A stretch of 64,000 nucleotides of DNA from an uncultured Christensenella sp. (GTDB taxonomy: Bacteria > Bacillota > Clostridia > Christensenellales > UBA3700): positions 44,144 through 108,143 of the forward strand of contig CAJTPC010000002.1 of the NCBI GenBank assembly GCA_910578245.1, read 5' to 3'. The stretch's first letter is position 1. The number at the start of each line of letters is the position of its first letter. A model generated the notes under the pieces. That model was not told the origin of the DNA and ran no database searches. It worked only from the letters and a program-made list of their open reading frames with translations. Shown here one piece after another: positions 35,689 to 44,851 of this stretch. A program made the translations under genes and the position numbers.

Positions 35689-36891
35689 TTAGAGCGCTTG
35701 TACAATTTCCTTTGTTTCCCTAGCAATAACGAGTTCTTCATTGGTAGGAATGACGAGAATTGCCACTTTACTGTCCTTTGCGCTTACGTCTGCAAAACTG
35801 CCTCTTGGAGCGGTTGAATTTATCTTAGCGTCAATCTTCATGCCCAAGAATTCCATATCTTCAGACACCGATTGACGAATACCGTCGCCGTTCTCGCCGA
35901 TACCGCCCGTGAATACAACGGCGTCAAGTCCGCCCATAGCAACCGCATACGAACCGATAAGTTTGCGAATTTGATAAGCAAACATATCGTAAGCAAGTTT
36001 TGCTCTCTCGTTGCCTTCTTTAATAGCTTCGCCGAGTTTTCTAAAGTCAGAACTTACTCCGCTCACGCCGAGAAATCCGCTCTTTTTGTTGAGGTAGTTG
36101 CTCATTTCGTCAAGCGACATACCCTTTGCTTTTGCAAGCATAATTACCGCCGCGGCGTCTATATTTCCGCACCTAGTACCCATAATCATACCCTCAAGCG
36201 GCGTCATACCCATTGAAGTGTCAATACATTTGCCGTCCTTTACTGCTGTAACAGAAGAGCCGTTGCCGAGGTGACATGTGACGATTTTACCGCAAGGCTT
36301 ACCCTTGGATTTGAGGTAATTGATTGCCTCTTGTGATACGAATTTATGCGACGTACCGTGGAAACCGTACTTACGAATCTTCGTTGCTTGATAGTCCTCG
36401 TAAGGAATTGCGTACATCTTTGCCTTATCGGGCATCGTGCTGTGGAAAGCCGTGTCGAATACTACTACGTTGGGGCAATCGACTATTGACATACACGACT
36501 TAAGACACGCAAGACTTGCTGGATTGTGCAACGGAGCAAGCGTAACTATCTCCTCAAGTTTTTTAAGCGCGTCCTTATCAACGTAGGATGACTTGGTAAA
36601 GGCCTCGCCTGAGTGGACTACTCTGTGACCTATCGCGCTTATCTCCTTCGGCGAAGAAATGCTTCCGTATTCTTTATTTGTCAAACACTCCATTACCAAA
36701 TTAAAAGCGTCGGTATGGTCGGCTAGCGGTCTTTCCACCACGTACGACTTTCCGTCCACCTTGTGCGTGTTCTTCGAGCCCTCGATTCCTATACACTCGA
36801 CTGTACCCTTGCAAATCACTTCCTCTTTCGTCATCTCGATAAGTTGATATTTGAGAGAAGAACTTCCTGCATTGACAACCAATATTTTCAT
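35689..36891 (-). CDS. ackA: acetate kinase
   Basis: MKILVVNAGSSSLKYQL, GHRVVHGGE-like GHRVVHSGE, FDTAFH, CHLGNGSS, GGIGEN. Confidence 0.95.
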   Translation of the reverse strand: MKILVVNAGSSSLKYQLIEMTKEEVICKGTVECIGIEGSKNTHKVDGKSYVVERPLADHTDAFNLVMECLTNKEYGSISSPKEISAIGHRVVHSGEAFTKSSYVDKDALKKLEEIVTLAPLHNPASLACLKSCMSIVDCPNVVVFDTAFHSTMPDKAKMYAIPYEDYQATKIRKYGFHGTSHKFVSQEAINYLKSKGKPCGKIVTCHLGNGSSVTAVKDGKCIDTSMGMTPLEGMIMGTRCGNIDAAAVIMLAKAKGMSLDEMSNYLNKKSGFLGVSGVSSDFRKLGEAIKEGNERAKLAYDMFAYQIRKLIGSYAVAMGGLDAVVFTGGIGENGDGIRQSVSEDMEFLGMKIDAKINSTAPRGSFADVSAKDSKVAILVIPTNEELVIARETKEIVQAL

Positions 36892-36923
36892 AAATTACTC
36901 CTTATAATACGATACTTAAATTT

Positions 36924-37919
36924 TTAATTTTGACTAGCTTGCACAGCAGTGATTGCTACGACTGCTACTATATCGTCGCTTGTACAACCTCTAGATAAGT
37001 CGTTGATAGGTTTTGCAAAACCTTGGCATATCGGTCCGATAGCAGTAGCTCCGCTGAATCTCTGCGTAAGTTTGTATCCTATATTGCCCGATTGCAAGTC
37101 TGGGAATATAAAGACGTTGGCTTTGCCTGCTACGTCGCTACCGGGGGCTTTAAGTCTGCCTACCGAAGGAACGATTGCCGCGTCTACCTGCAATTCTCCG
37201 TCTACTTCTATCTTAGGAGCCTTCTCCTTTACGAGCTTAGTAGCTTCTACTACCTTGTCTACAAATTCATGCTTAGCGCTACCCTTGGTGGAGAAGGAAA
37301 GCATAGCTACTTTCGGCTCCTTTATACCGGCGAGTTCTCTTGCCGTAGCCGTAGAAGAAATTGCTATGTCTGCAAGTTGTTCTGCCGTAGGATTTATATT
37401 TACGGCGCAGTCGCCGAATACCATTATATCTTGGTCTTTATAAGGCGTACCTTCAAAAGCCATAAGAAAACAGCTCGATACCGTCTTTATTCCCGGCTTG
37501 GTCTTGACAATTGTAAGTCCCGACCTCAATACGTTGCCTGTTGAATTAATTGCGCCTGCGACCATACCGTCGGCGTCGCCTTTCTTTATCATCATTGCGC
37601 CATAGTTGAGATACTTTCTGATTTCCGTCTTAGCGACGTCCAAAGTCATACCCTTTGCCTTCCTCAATTCGTAAAGCGTATTGGCGTAATCTTCTATATC
37701 TGCCGTCAAAGGATTGACAATCTTTATACCCTCAAAATTTGCTTGCGGATACATTACTTTCAATTTTTCCTCATCGCCAAGAAGAACAACGTTGGCAATT
37801 TTATTATGCACGATAGTTTGCGCCGCTTCAACGGTACGAGGTTCTTCTCCCTCCGCCAAAACTATGGTCTTGCCAAGTTTTTTTGCTTTGTCAATAATGC
37901 TGTCTATAATTTTGCTCAT
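36924..37919 (-). CDS. pta: phosphate acetyltransferase
   Basis: [31 protein letters not shown] motifs of short-form Pta. Directly upstream of ackA. Confidence 0.9.
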   Translation of the reverse strand: MSKIIDSIIDKAKKLGKTIVLAEGEEPRTVEAAQTIVHNKIANVVLLGDEEKLKVMYPQANFEGIKIVNPLTADIEDYANTLYELRKAKGMTLDVAKTEIRKYLNYGAMMIKKGDADGMVAGAINSTGNVLRSGLTIVKTKPGIKTVSSCFLMAFEGTPYKDQDIMVFGDCAVNINPTAEQLADIAISSTATARELAGIKEPKVAMLSFSTKGSAKHEFVDKVVEATKLVKEKAPKIEVDGELQVDAAIVPSVGRLKAPGSDVAGKANVFIFPDLQSGNIGYKLTQRFSGATAIGPICQGFAKPINDLSRGCTSDDIVAVVAITAVQASQN

Positions 37920-38051
37920 CTCACTACCTCCAAATCACTTTATTTTTAGTCGTGATTGCTATATAATTAATTTAGTTAAAGTTTTGTGCGACTTTGCACG
38001 GCTTTAGTATACTCTTTATGTAAAAAATTGTAAAGAGTTTAAGGAGCAAAA

Positions 38052-39188
38052 ATGAAAATTGCCGTCATAATTTGCGAATACAATCCCTTGCAAAACGGGC
38101 ACGTCTACCACATCTCTCGCGCTTTGAAAGAGTGTGGCAATAGCGTAATTTGCATTATGAGCGGTAATTTCACTCAAAGAGGTCAACTGGCGATAGCCGA
38201 CAAATACAAGCGCGCAGAATGGGCAATCAAGAGCGGCGCGGATATGGTCGTCGAACTTCCGCCTCAGTACGTCTTGACAACGGCAAAGTATTTTGCTCTC
38301 GGAGGAGTGAAAATCGCAAATAAGATTAAAGGCGAAGTAATTCTCACTTTTGGAAGCGAAATTGGAGATATTAAGACTTTGCAAGATATTGCCAATTTTC
38401 AAGAGGACGAAATCTTCGCGTCCAATCTCGATAAAGAACTAAAATCAGGCAACGGCTATGCAAAAAGCTACGCAAACGCGCTTGCCAAAACTCACCCTTC
38501 CTATGCTCAAGTAATATCTTCTCCCAATAATATTTTGGCGGTGGAATACCTTAAAGCGCTCAACGACACTCAATCTATCATAACTGCCCACACTGTAGCA
38601 AGAATAGGCGGCGGTTATCATCAGACGTCTGCCGATGAATATCCTTCGGCAAGTTGCGTACGTCAGATGTGGCAAAACTCGGATTTGCAAGCTATATCCC
38701 AAGGCATACCTCAATACGTTATGGACTATCTCAAAGAGCTTTCCCCAACGCATTTACAAGTCGCATACGATAAGTTGTATTCTATCTTAAAATACAATAT
38801 CGACAATATGCATTTGCCGGCTGTTCACGGCGTTAAAGAAGGTATAGAAAATAGAATTGTCGCTACTCTAAAAAGTAGCGCATCTTGGCAAGATATGCTT
38901 GATAAACTCTCTACAAAAAGATATACAGACGCATATTTACTTCGCACTCTAATCAATATACTCATATCCAATACCTATACGGCAGACGACTTGCAATACG
39001 ATGCAGTGGACTACGTCAACGTACTCGCCGTGGAAAAGAATAAAAGACAATTGCTCTCTTGCTTTGATTGTCAAGTAATAACCAAGTCGATAGAACTTCA
39101 ATACGATAGTTTGATAAAGCGCGCAGACAGCGTTTACTCAAGCGTAACTGAGAATGTAGCGGACCATATGCAAATTATAACGAGATAA
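38052..39188 (+). CDS. tmcAL: tRNA(Met) cytidine acetate ligase (YlbM/DUF795 nucleotidyltransferase)
   Basis: IICEYNPLQNGHVYHI...IMSGNFTQRGQLAI.DKYKRAEWAI.SGADMVVELP closely parallels B. subtilis YlbM/TmcAL. Confidence 0.85.
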   Translation: MKIAVIICEYNPLQNGHVYHISRALKECGNSVICIMSGNFTQRGQLAIADKYKRAEWAIKSGADMVVELPPQYVLTTAKYFALGGVKIANKIKGEVILTFGSEIGDIKTLQDIANFQEDEIFASNLDKELKSGNGYAKSYANALAKTHPSYAQVISSPNNILAVEYLKALNDTQSIITAHTVARIGGGYHQTSADEYPSASCVRQMWQNSDLQAISQGIPQYVMDYLKELSPTHLQVAYDKLYSILKYNIDNMHLPAVHGVKEGIENRIVATLKSSASWQDMLDKLSTKRYTDAYLLRTLINILISNTYTADDLQYDAVDYVNVLAVEKNKRQLLSCFDCQVITKSIELQYDSLIKRADSVYSSVTENVADHMQIITR

Positions 39189-39262
39189 ATAGCCGTTGTT
39201 CGCAGCTATACAAAGCCAAATCGTAATATCATATTTCCCAATTATTCGCCATATATTTTTAT

Positions 39263-40252
39263 ATGTTTACTCTCACAAAAAAGGCAAGAAAAGCTCTACC
39301 GCTTTCGCTGATAATATGCTTTTTCATATGCTGTCTGGTAATAAATCCGCAAAGATATATCCAAAGCATTTTCAGCGGTATGTTGCTCTTTGCAAAAAAC
39401 GTAGCGCCTGCGCTATTTCCTTTTTTCTTCTTCACAAAACTTCTTACGGGTCTAGGCGGAGCAAGCGCTCTGGGAAAAGCTCTCAAAAAACCGGTTTCCA
39501 AATTATACAACGCTCCTCAAGAGAGCGGTTATATCCTAGTTATGAGTCTAATATCAGGGTACCCTATAGGCGCAAAACTAATAAGCGACTTTTATGAGAA
39601 CGGCAACTTTACGATAGACAATTGCAAAAAAGTATCGTCTTTCACCTCGACTTCGGGACCTCTATTCGTAGTGGGTACGGTCGGTACGCTAATGCTGTCA
39701 TCTCCGAAGGCGGGTTACGTACTTTTCCTGTGCCACGCCTTGGGCGCGCTAATCAACGGCTTGATATACCGCGGTCGCAAGAGTGAAAACAAACTTATGT
39801 CAATGCCCTCTACTCAAGACGATGACAACCTTCTCAACAAGTCTATCACGTCCTCTATTCTCTCCGTCCTTGTCGTAGGCGGTTATATAGCCATTTTCAG
39901 TATGATTATCGACATTGCAATAGACTTGAAAATAGTAGACGGATTGGCTTTTTTGCTTGCAAAACCTTTGTCGCTCTTTAACTTATCTCCTCAAATAGCA
40001 GAAGCTACCGTCATTTCGTTTATCGAGATTACCAGAGGATGTCAAACTTTTGCGCAAAGCGGAGTAAGCATAAAAATAATCCTGCCGTTTATTGCAGGAC
40101 TACTCTCGTTCGGCGGTCTTTCTATTACCTTTCAATCGCTGACTTTTCTCAAAAGTTGTAAGGTCAAGACGTCATATTATCTGCTTGTAAAACTTACTCA
40201 AGCGATCATAACTTTCGTCATATCGCTTGGTATTGTAGAAATCTTTTATTGA
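39263..40252 (+). CDS. YlbJ-like nucleoside-recognition-domain membrane protein (sporulation integral membrane protein family)
   Basis: Polytopic membrane protein with RGCQTFA and SFGGLSI-type motifs. Adjacent to tmcAL (ylbM), as in the B. subtilis ylb locus. Start uncertain. Confidence 0.65.
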   Translation: MFTLTKKARKALPLSLIICFFICCLVINPQRYIQSIFSGMLLFAKNVAPALFPFFFFTKLLTGLGGASALGKALKKPVSKLYNAPQESGYILVMSLISGYPIGAKLISDFYENGNFTIDNCKKVSSFTSTSGPLFVVGTVGTLMLSSPKAGYVLFLCHALGALINGLIYRGRKSENKLMSMPSTQDDDNLLNKSITSSILSVLVVGGYIAIFSMIIDIAIDLKIVDGLAFLLAKPLSLFNLSPQIAEATVISFIEITRGCQTFAQSGVSIKIILPFIAGLLSFGGLSITFQSLTFLKSCKVKTSYYLLVKLTQAIITFVISLGIVEIFY

Positions 40253-40731
40253 TTTCCATCTTCACCTTCGGATCTTTCATCGGCAACGTAAAGGCTATTG
40301 CGTTTAGCGTATACCTTATTGAGCATATCTCTCATAGAATTTTCCACGTCTAGGTACAGCGAATTGACTTGCTCGTAACTCTGCTCGACTAGATTATCTG
40401 CGTATGCTCCTGCGTTGTTGACGAGTTCGCTAGCCTGCATTTGCGCCTCTCTCATTATTTCGCTTTCTGCTACAAGTCGCATGGCTTCTTGCTTTGCTTC
40501 CTCAATAATATTCTGCGCTTCTTTCTCGGCTTCTGCTTTTATATTATCGCAATCGCGCAACAATACGGTTGCCTCCGCAAGTTCGTTGGGAAGTTGATTT
40601 CTTATCTGTTGCAATATACCTAGACACGTATTGGCGTCAACAAGTCGCATATTGGAAAACATCTGCTTTTTACCGTTGTTGACAGTTTCCTCCAACCTGT
40701 CCAAAAGTCTGCTTATCGTCATCGTATTCAT
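40246..40731 (-). CDS. coiled-coil protein (V-ATPase subunit-H-like family commonly annotated as ATPase)
   Basis: Heptad-rich EAEKEAQNIIEEAKQEAMRLVAESE segment. 4-nt overlap with rsmD::coaD. 7-nt convergent overlap with the ylbJ-like gene. Confidence 0.5.
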   Translation of the reverse strand: MNTMTISRLLDRLEETVNNGKKQMFSNMRLVDANTCLGILQQIRNQLPNELAEATVLLRDCDNIKAEAEKEAQNIIEEAKQEAMRLVAESEIMREAQMQASELVNNAGAYADNLVEQSYEQVNSLYLDVENSMRDMLNKVYAKRNSLYVADERSEGEDGNQ

Positions 40732-41726
40732 AGTTTCTCCTTATAAACCTTGACAACGGCTCTGGCTACGCCGTCAGGCAAATATTTTTTTATATCCTCG
40801 CTCGCTTTGAGTTTCTCTCTTATAAGCGAAGAAGAGATTTCTCTTATGCCTTCTACAAGTTGAGTATCCAAGCCGTGTTCTTTATTAAACTCAGCCATTT
40901 CCTCCTCGTACTTTAGATCGCTTGAGTTGCGATACCCTCTATACACGATATTTATATTGTTTTTTTTGCAATACTCGTATACGTATCCGTCGCATACGTC
41001 AACCGTCACGTTTAGATAGTCATTGACGGCAAGTTTTGCAAATGCCACTCTCTCTTCTAAAGAAAACAAATAGTTCTTATCCGGATTGCAAGCAAGCAGT
41101 ATTACCGCCTCGTCATACGTATCAAGCGCCCTGTCAAGCACGTCCAAATGTCCCTTCGTGATTGGATCGTAACTTCCCGCTAACGCCGTCTTACCTCTCG
41201 ACTTAGCGATATAGTCTACGGTAACTATCCCAAAGCGTTTGCGCTTTGCGATACACATACCGCTTGGCAAAGTATATTCTTTATCGGAGTGTTCGTATAT
41301 TATAAAGCCTCCGTCTGCAAGCAAGTCTTTTTCCTTGACGATTTGGCATATATCCTCGATATAATCGCTCTTGTATGGCGGATCAACGAAGATAAAATCC
41401 CACTTTCCGTCTGCCGTAAACAAAGTATCGCGCCAATCGCGATTGACAACTTTATGTTTTTCTGAAATCCCTTTCAGATTGCCTTGCGTAAGAGAAATCG
41501 ATGACTTACTCGCGTCGGCGAAAAGCGTATAACTCGCTCCTCGGCTAATAGCCTCGATTCCCATAGAACCGCTACCGCAGAACAAGTCGAGAAATCTACT
41601 GCCGGCTACGTCAAATTGAATGACGTTGAAGATACTCTCTTTGACTTTGTCGCCCGTGGGTCGCACGTCGTTACCGATCGGAGAATTAAGTCTTTTCCCT
41701 CTATATTTACCGCTTATTACTCTCAT
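40728..41726 (-). CDS. rsmD-coaD: fusion of 16S rRNA m2G966 methyltransferase RsmD with phosphopantetheine adenylyltransferase CoaD
   Basis: N-terminal half: MRVISGKYRGKRL..RPT.DKVKESIFN..LDLFCGSGSMGIEA..FVDPPY. C-terminal half: ALAGSYDPITKGHLDVL...SSSLIRE. Confidence 0.85.
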   Translation of the reverse strand: MRVISGKYRGKRLNSPIGNDVRPTGDKVKESIFNVIQFDVAGSRFLDLFCGSGSMGIEAISRGASYTLFADASKSSISLTQGNLKGISEKHKVVNRDWRDTLFTADGKWDFIFVDPPYKSDYIEDICQIVKEKDLLADGGFIIYEHSDKEYTLPSGMCIAKRKRFGIVTVDYIAKSRGKTALAGSYDPITKGHLDVLDRALDTYDEAVILLACNPDKNYLFSLEERVAFAKLAVNDYLNVTVDVCDGYVYEYCKKNNINIVYRGYRNSSDLKYEEEMAEFNKEHGLDTQLVEGIREISSSLIREKLKASEDIKKYLPDGVARAVVKVYKEKL

Positions 41727-41757
41727 ACTTTACAAGGCTGTTCCTTAATAAATCTAT

Positions 41758-42291
41758 TTATTTAATTACTCCAACGGGCGTGATTACTAAGTCTAGAGGC
41801 TTGTCCCATTTATCGCAAATCACTTCGTCCAATACTTGTTCTTCAAAGGCAAGACCGACTTTGAAAGTATCTACGCTTGCAAAATATCTGTCGTAATATC
41901 CTTTGCCTTTGCCAAGCCTGTTGAGTTTTTTATCCGCTCCCAAAAGAGGAGTAATCGTCACGGCAGGTCTGACGTCCTTTGGCGACAATCTTTCGCCTAT
42001 AGGCTCTGATATGCCCCAACTACCCGCTTGATACTTAGTATCCTTATTCACCTTTACGAGCGCTATATCTTCGCCGTCAACGACAGGAAGATATACCTGC
42101 CTACTCTTGCTAAAATACTCTATAATAGCTTTAGTGTCCACTTCGCTTGGCAGAGAATTGTATATGCATATGCTTCCGCTCGGCAATGACGTATCTTGCA
42201 AAATACTTGCAATTTTTTCGCTTTGGCTCGCTTTGTCGGATATGTTTGCAACGATAGTTCTCAAAGCCTTTCTCTGCGATGACTTATCCAT
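41758..42291 (-). CDS. 5-formyltetrahydrofolate cyclo-ligase
   Basis: YLPVV...G.WGI.EP...VITPLLGADKKLNRLGKGKGYYDRYF signature. The ATG abuts the upstream stop codon. Confidence 0.85.
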   Translation of the reverse strand: MDKSSQRKALRTIVANISDKASQSEKIASILQDTSLPSGSICIYNSLPSEVDTKAIIEYFSKSRQVYLPVVDGEDIALVKVNKDTKYQAGSWGISEPIGERLSPKDVRPAVTITPLLGADKKLNRLGKGKGYYDRYFASVDTFKVGLAFEEQVLDEVICDKWDKPLDLVITPVGVIK

Positions 42292-44547
42292 TTATTTTTT
42301 TGCCTTATAATAGTTTATTAAACAACCTTTGGATATAATCTCTCTCTCGTCCGCCGTCAACGCGTCTACAGTCAAAACAGTGTCTAGTACTTCGCTACCT
42401 CGTACTATCTTAGCCTTAAACTCGCAACCGCCGTTGTCGATAGTATTTTTGACGTCATAAACGACTATTATATCATCGTCTTGATAACTCTCTTGCGAAA
42501 GAAATGGGAGCATACCCCAATTTATAAGATTGGAGCGATATCTCTTGGTTGCGTACTCCTTAGCGATATTGCATACTCCGCCAAGCACTCTCTGACAGCT
42601 AGCCGCCTGTTCTCTTGCGCTTCCGTCGCCGGGTTTTACTGCGTATACACCGCTACCTATCGATACGCTGCCCTTGAGCTGTACGCCGGCTTTCTTAACT
42701 GCGTCAAGATATTCTCCGCCAAGCCCGTTTGTTCTTCTGTCAAGTTCGCCCTCAAAGACCTTCTTCGCTTTGCCGACATAGTCCGGACATTTTCTTGAAA
42801 GCGCAAATTCTGCAAGTTTCATTGGGTTGGAACGGTAACTCGACGTTTCGCCCGACGGAATAAGTTCATCGGTAGTAGTGACAGGGTCGTTGATGACCGC
42901 GCTTAATTTAACTACGATATTGTCAGTCAACTCTATTACTTCCGGCCAGTCGCAGATATTGGGACCGTACTCTAGATTTGCGTCTTTATCGGCTTTGCCC
43001 CAGCCGTTGTACACTCTCTTTTCATATATGGATTTATCATATTCAAAAGCAGGAATTGTATTGTCATAGTCCATATCCATTGCGCTGGTAAGAACTCCGC
43101 CGTTCGACGCCGTAGCCGCAATAGAACGCGCGTCCATAAGAGCGACCGATGCAATCTGACCGCCGGCAGGTTTGCTTCCCTCTCTCGACTCGAAGTTTCG
43201 GGTAGTATGTCTGATAGACAAAGCGTTGTTGGCAGGCACGTCGCCTGCGCCGAAGCACGGACCGCAAAAAGCGCTCTTTACGTTGGCTCCGCTCTTGACA
43301 AGTTGAGCAATTGCGCCCTTCTTAAGCAAGTCGTAATATACCGGCGTAGATGACGGATACACGCTCAGAGTGAACTTGCCGTCGCCCACGGCTTTGCCGT
43401 TAAGAATTGAACTTGCCTCGATAATATTGTCGTACGTACCGCCCGCGCAACCTGCAATTATACCCTGCTCAACTCTAATTTTTCCATCGACAACCTTATC
43501 AGTCAACTTAAAATTAATTTTATTGTTGTTGAGCAATTCGTTGCATTTTTTCTCTACCGCCGAAAGAATATCCATAGGATTGTCTATCACGTCTTGCAAA
43601 TTGTATACGTTGGACGGGTGGAAAGGCAGAGCAATTTGCGGAACTACCTTTGACAAATCTACATCCACTACGCCATCGTAATAAGCGAGTTTTTGAGGAG
43701 TAATGACAGCGTAATCGTCAAGTCTGCCTCTCACTCCGTAATAATTCTTGACTTCATTATCATCAGTCGTCCATATAGACGTCAGACAAGTGGTTTCCGT
43801 TGTCATTACGTCTATGCCTATGCGGTACTCTATCGGCAAGTTCTTAATACCCTCGCCCACGAATTCCATAACCTTGTTCTTGACAAAACCGCCTTTGAAT
43901 ACTGCGCCTATAATTGCAAGCGCAACGTCTTGCGGACCCACGCCCTTTCTCGGCGCTCCCGTCAAGTGAATAGCAACGACTTCGGGATATTTAATGTCAT
44001 ACGTACGGCAAAGAAGCTGTTTTACAAGTTCAGGTCCGCCTTCGCCGACTGCCATAGTACCCAAAGCGCCATATCTCGTGTGAGAGTCTGAACCCAATAT
44101 CATCTTTCCGCAACCGGACATACATTCGCGCATATAGGTATGTATTACCGCTTGATGGGGCGGTACGAATATCCCGCCGTATTTCTTAGCCGCGGACAAA
44201 CCGAATACATGGTCGTCCTCATTAATAGTACCGCCGACGGCGCAAAGCGAATTGTGGCAGTTGGTCAACACGTAAGGTATAGGAAATTCTTTTAGACCGC
44301 TTGCCTTTGCCGTCTGAATAATACCTACGTAGGTAATATCGTGCGATGCCAAAGCGTCGAACTTGATTTGAAGAGGTTGTCCCTTTTGCGTAGTCGGCAA
44401 CGTGTTGTGCTTTGCCAATATGCCGTACGCCATAGTTCCCTTATAGGCTTCGTCTATAGTCTTTGCGTCGACGCCCTTTGCCTTTAATTCGTCCAAAGAC
44501 GTGAATTTGCCGTCCAAGTAATACTGTCCTTGCTTTAGTTGTATCAT
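42292..44547 (-). CDS. aconitase-family hydratase (putative aconitate hydratase, catalytic plus swivel domains)
   Basis: [26 protein letters not shown] and [10 protein letters not shown] motifs. The start at 44547 (MIQLKQG) follows a GGAGAT SD; the longer ORF-track start lacks support. Confidence 0.85.
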   Translation of the reverse strand: MIQLKQGQYYLDGKFTSLDELKAKGVDAKTIDEAYKGTMAYGILAKHNTLPTTQKGQPLQIKFDALASHDITYVGIIQTAKASGLKEFPIPYVLTNCHNSLCAVGGTINEDDHVFGLSAAKKYGGIFVPPHQAVIHTYMRECMSGCGKMILGSDSHTRYGALGTMAVGEGGPELVKQLLCRTYDIKYPEVVAIHLTGAPRKGVGPQDVALAIIGAVFKGGFVKNKVMEFVGEGIKNLPIEYRIGIDVMTTETTCLTSIWTTDDNEVKNYYGVRGRLDDYAVITPQKLAYYDGVVDVDLSKVVPQIALPFHPSNVYNLQDVIDNPMDILSAVEKKCNELLNNNKINFKLTDKVVDGKIRVEQGIIAGCAGGTYDNIIEASSILNGKAVGDGKFTLSVYPSSTPVYYDLLKKGAIAQLVKSGANVKSAFCGPCFGAGDVPANNALSIRHTTRNFESREGSKPAGGQIASVALMDARSIAATASNGGVLTSAMDMDYDNTIPAFEYDKSIYEKRVYNGWGKADKDANLEYGPNICDWPEVIELTDNIVVKLSAVINDPVTTTDELIPSGETSSYRSNPMKLAEFALSRKCPDYVGKAKKVFEGELDRRTNGLGGEYLDAVKKAGVQLKGSVSIGSGVYAVKPGDGSAREQAASCQRVLGGVCNIAKEYATKRYRSNLINWGMLPFLSQESYQDDDIIVVYDVKNTIDNGGCEFKAKIVRGSEVLDTVLTVDALTADEREIISKGCLINYYKAKK

Positions 44548-44599
44548 ATCGTATCTCCAAAAATGATTGTAGTATTGTTTTTTTATTGCTGTCACCTTG

Positions 44600-44804
44600 A
44601 GCGAGTCCGCATTTTTTATACTGTTGAGATTTCTCAACTTCGGTCGAAATGACATAAAGAACGCTAGACGCGACCGCAGAGATTGGTCGTATTTTTGTCC
44701 GCGCCGGGGCGAGATGAAATCGCCAAGCGTACTACATGTACACGTCGACTTCTCGAGTCCCGAGGTTAGGACAAAAAGACGGCGGATATAAGCGGTAGCT
44801 TAAC
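44600..44804 (-). ncRNA. GC-rich structured 5' leader or small-RNA candidate upstream of the hydratase operon (class unknown)
   Basis: Begins about 7 nt after a TTGCAA-17-TATAAT promoter. The 44662-44795 core is much GC-richer than the flanks. 9-bp closing helix UUUUUGUCC/GGACAAAAA, nested hairpins (GGCGA/UCGCC, CUCG/CGAG, GUAC/GUAC), outer ACCGC/GCGGU and GCUA/UAGC pairings. Confidence 0.35.
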
Positions 44805-44810
44805 AAATTT

Positions 44811-44839
44811 ATTATAGCCTATATTTTCATATATTGCAA
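44811..44839 (-). promoter_or_regulatory. near-consensus sigma-A promoter (TTGCAA-17-TATAAT)
   Basis: Minus strand: TTGCAA at 44839-44834, exact 17-nt spacer, TATAAT at 44816-44811. Lies in the 47-nt gap after the DUF2156 stop. Confidence 0.6.
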
Positions 44840-44851
44840 GTCAATGTATTG

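Noticed and set aside
38016-38402. 128-aa minus-strand ORF overlapping the 5' part of tmcAL
   Set aside because: It is antisense to a gene with strong family motifs, and it has no SD or motifs.
40246-40252. 7-nt convergent 3' overlap of the ylbJ-like gene and the coiled-coil protein gene, with no terminator between
   Set aside because: It is real in the sequence but unremarkable. It may just reflect an uncertain stop/extension, and no regulatory inference can be supported.
44597-44791. 64-aa Arg-rich plus-strand ORF inside the GC-rich region upstream of the hydratase
   Set aside because: There is no SD and no upstream promoter on the plus strand, and the Arg-rich composition simply reflects GC-rich structured DNA. 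The region is better explained as a minus-strand RNA element.
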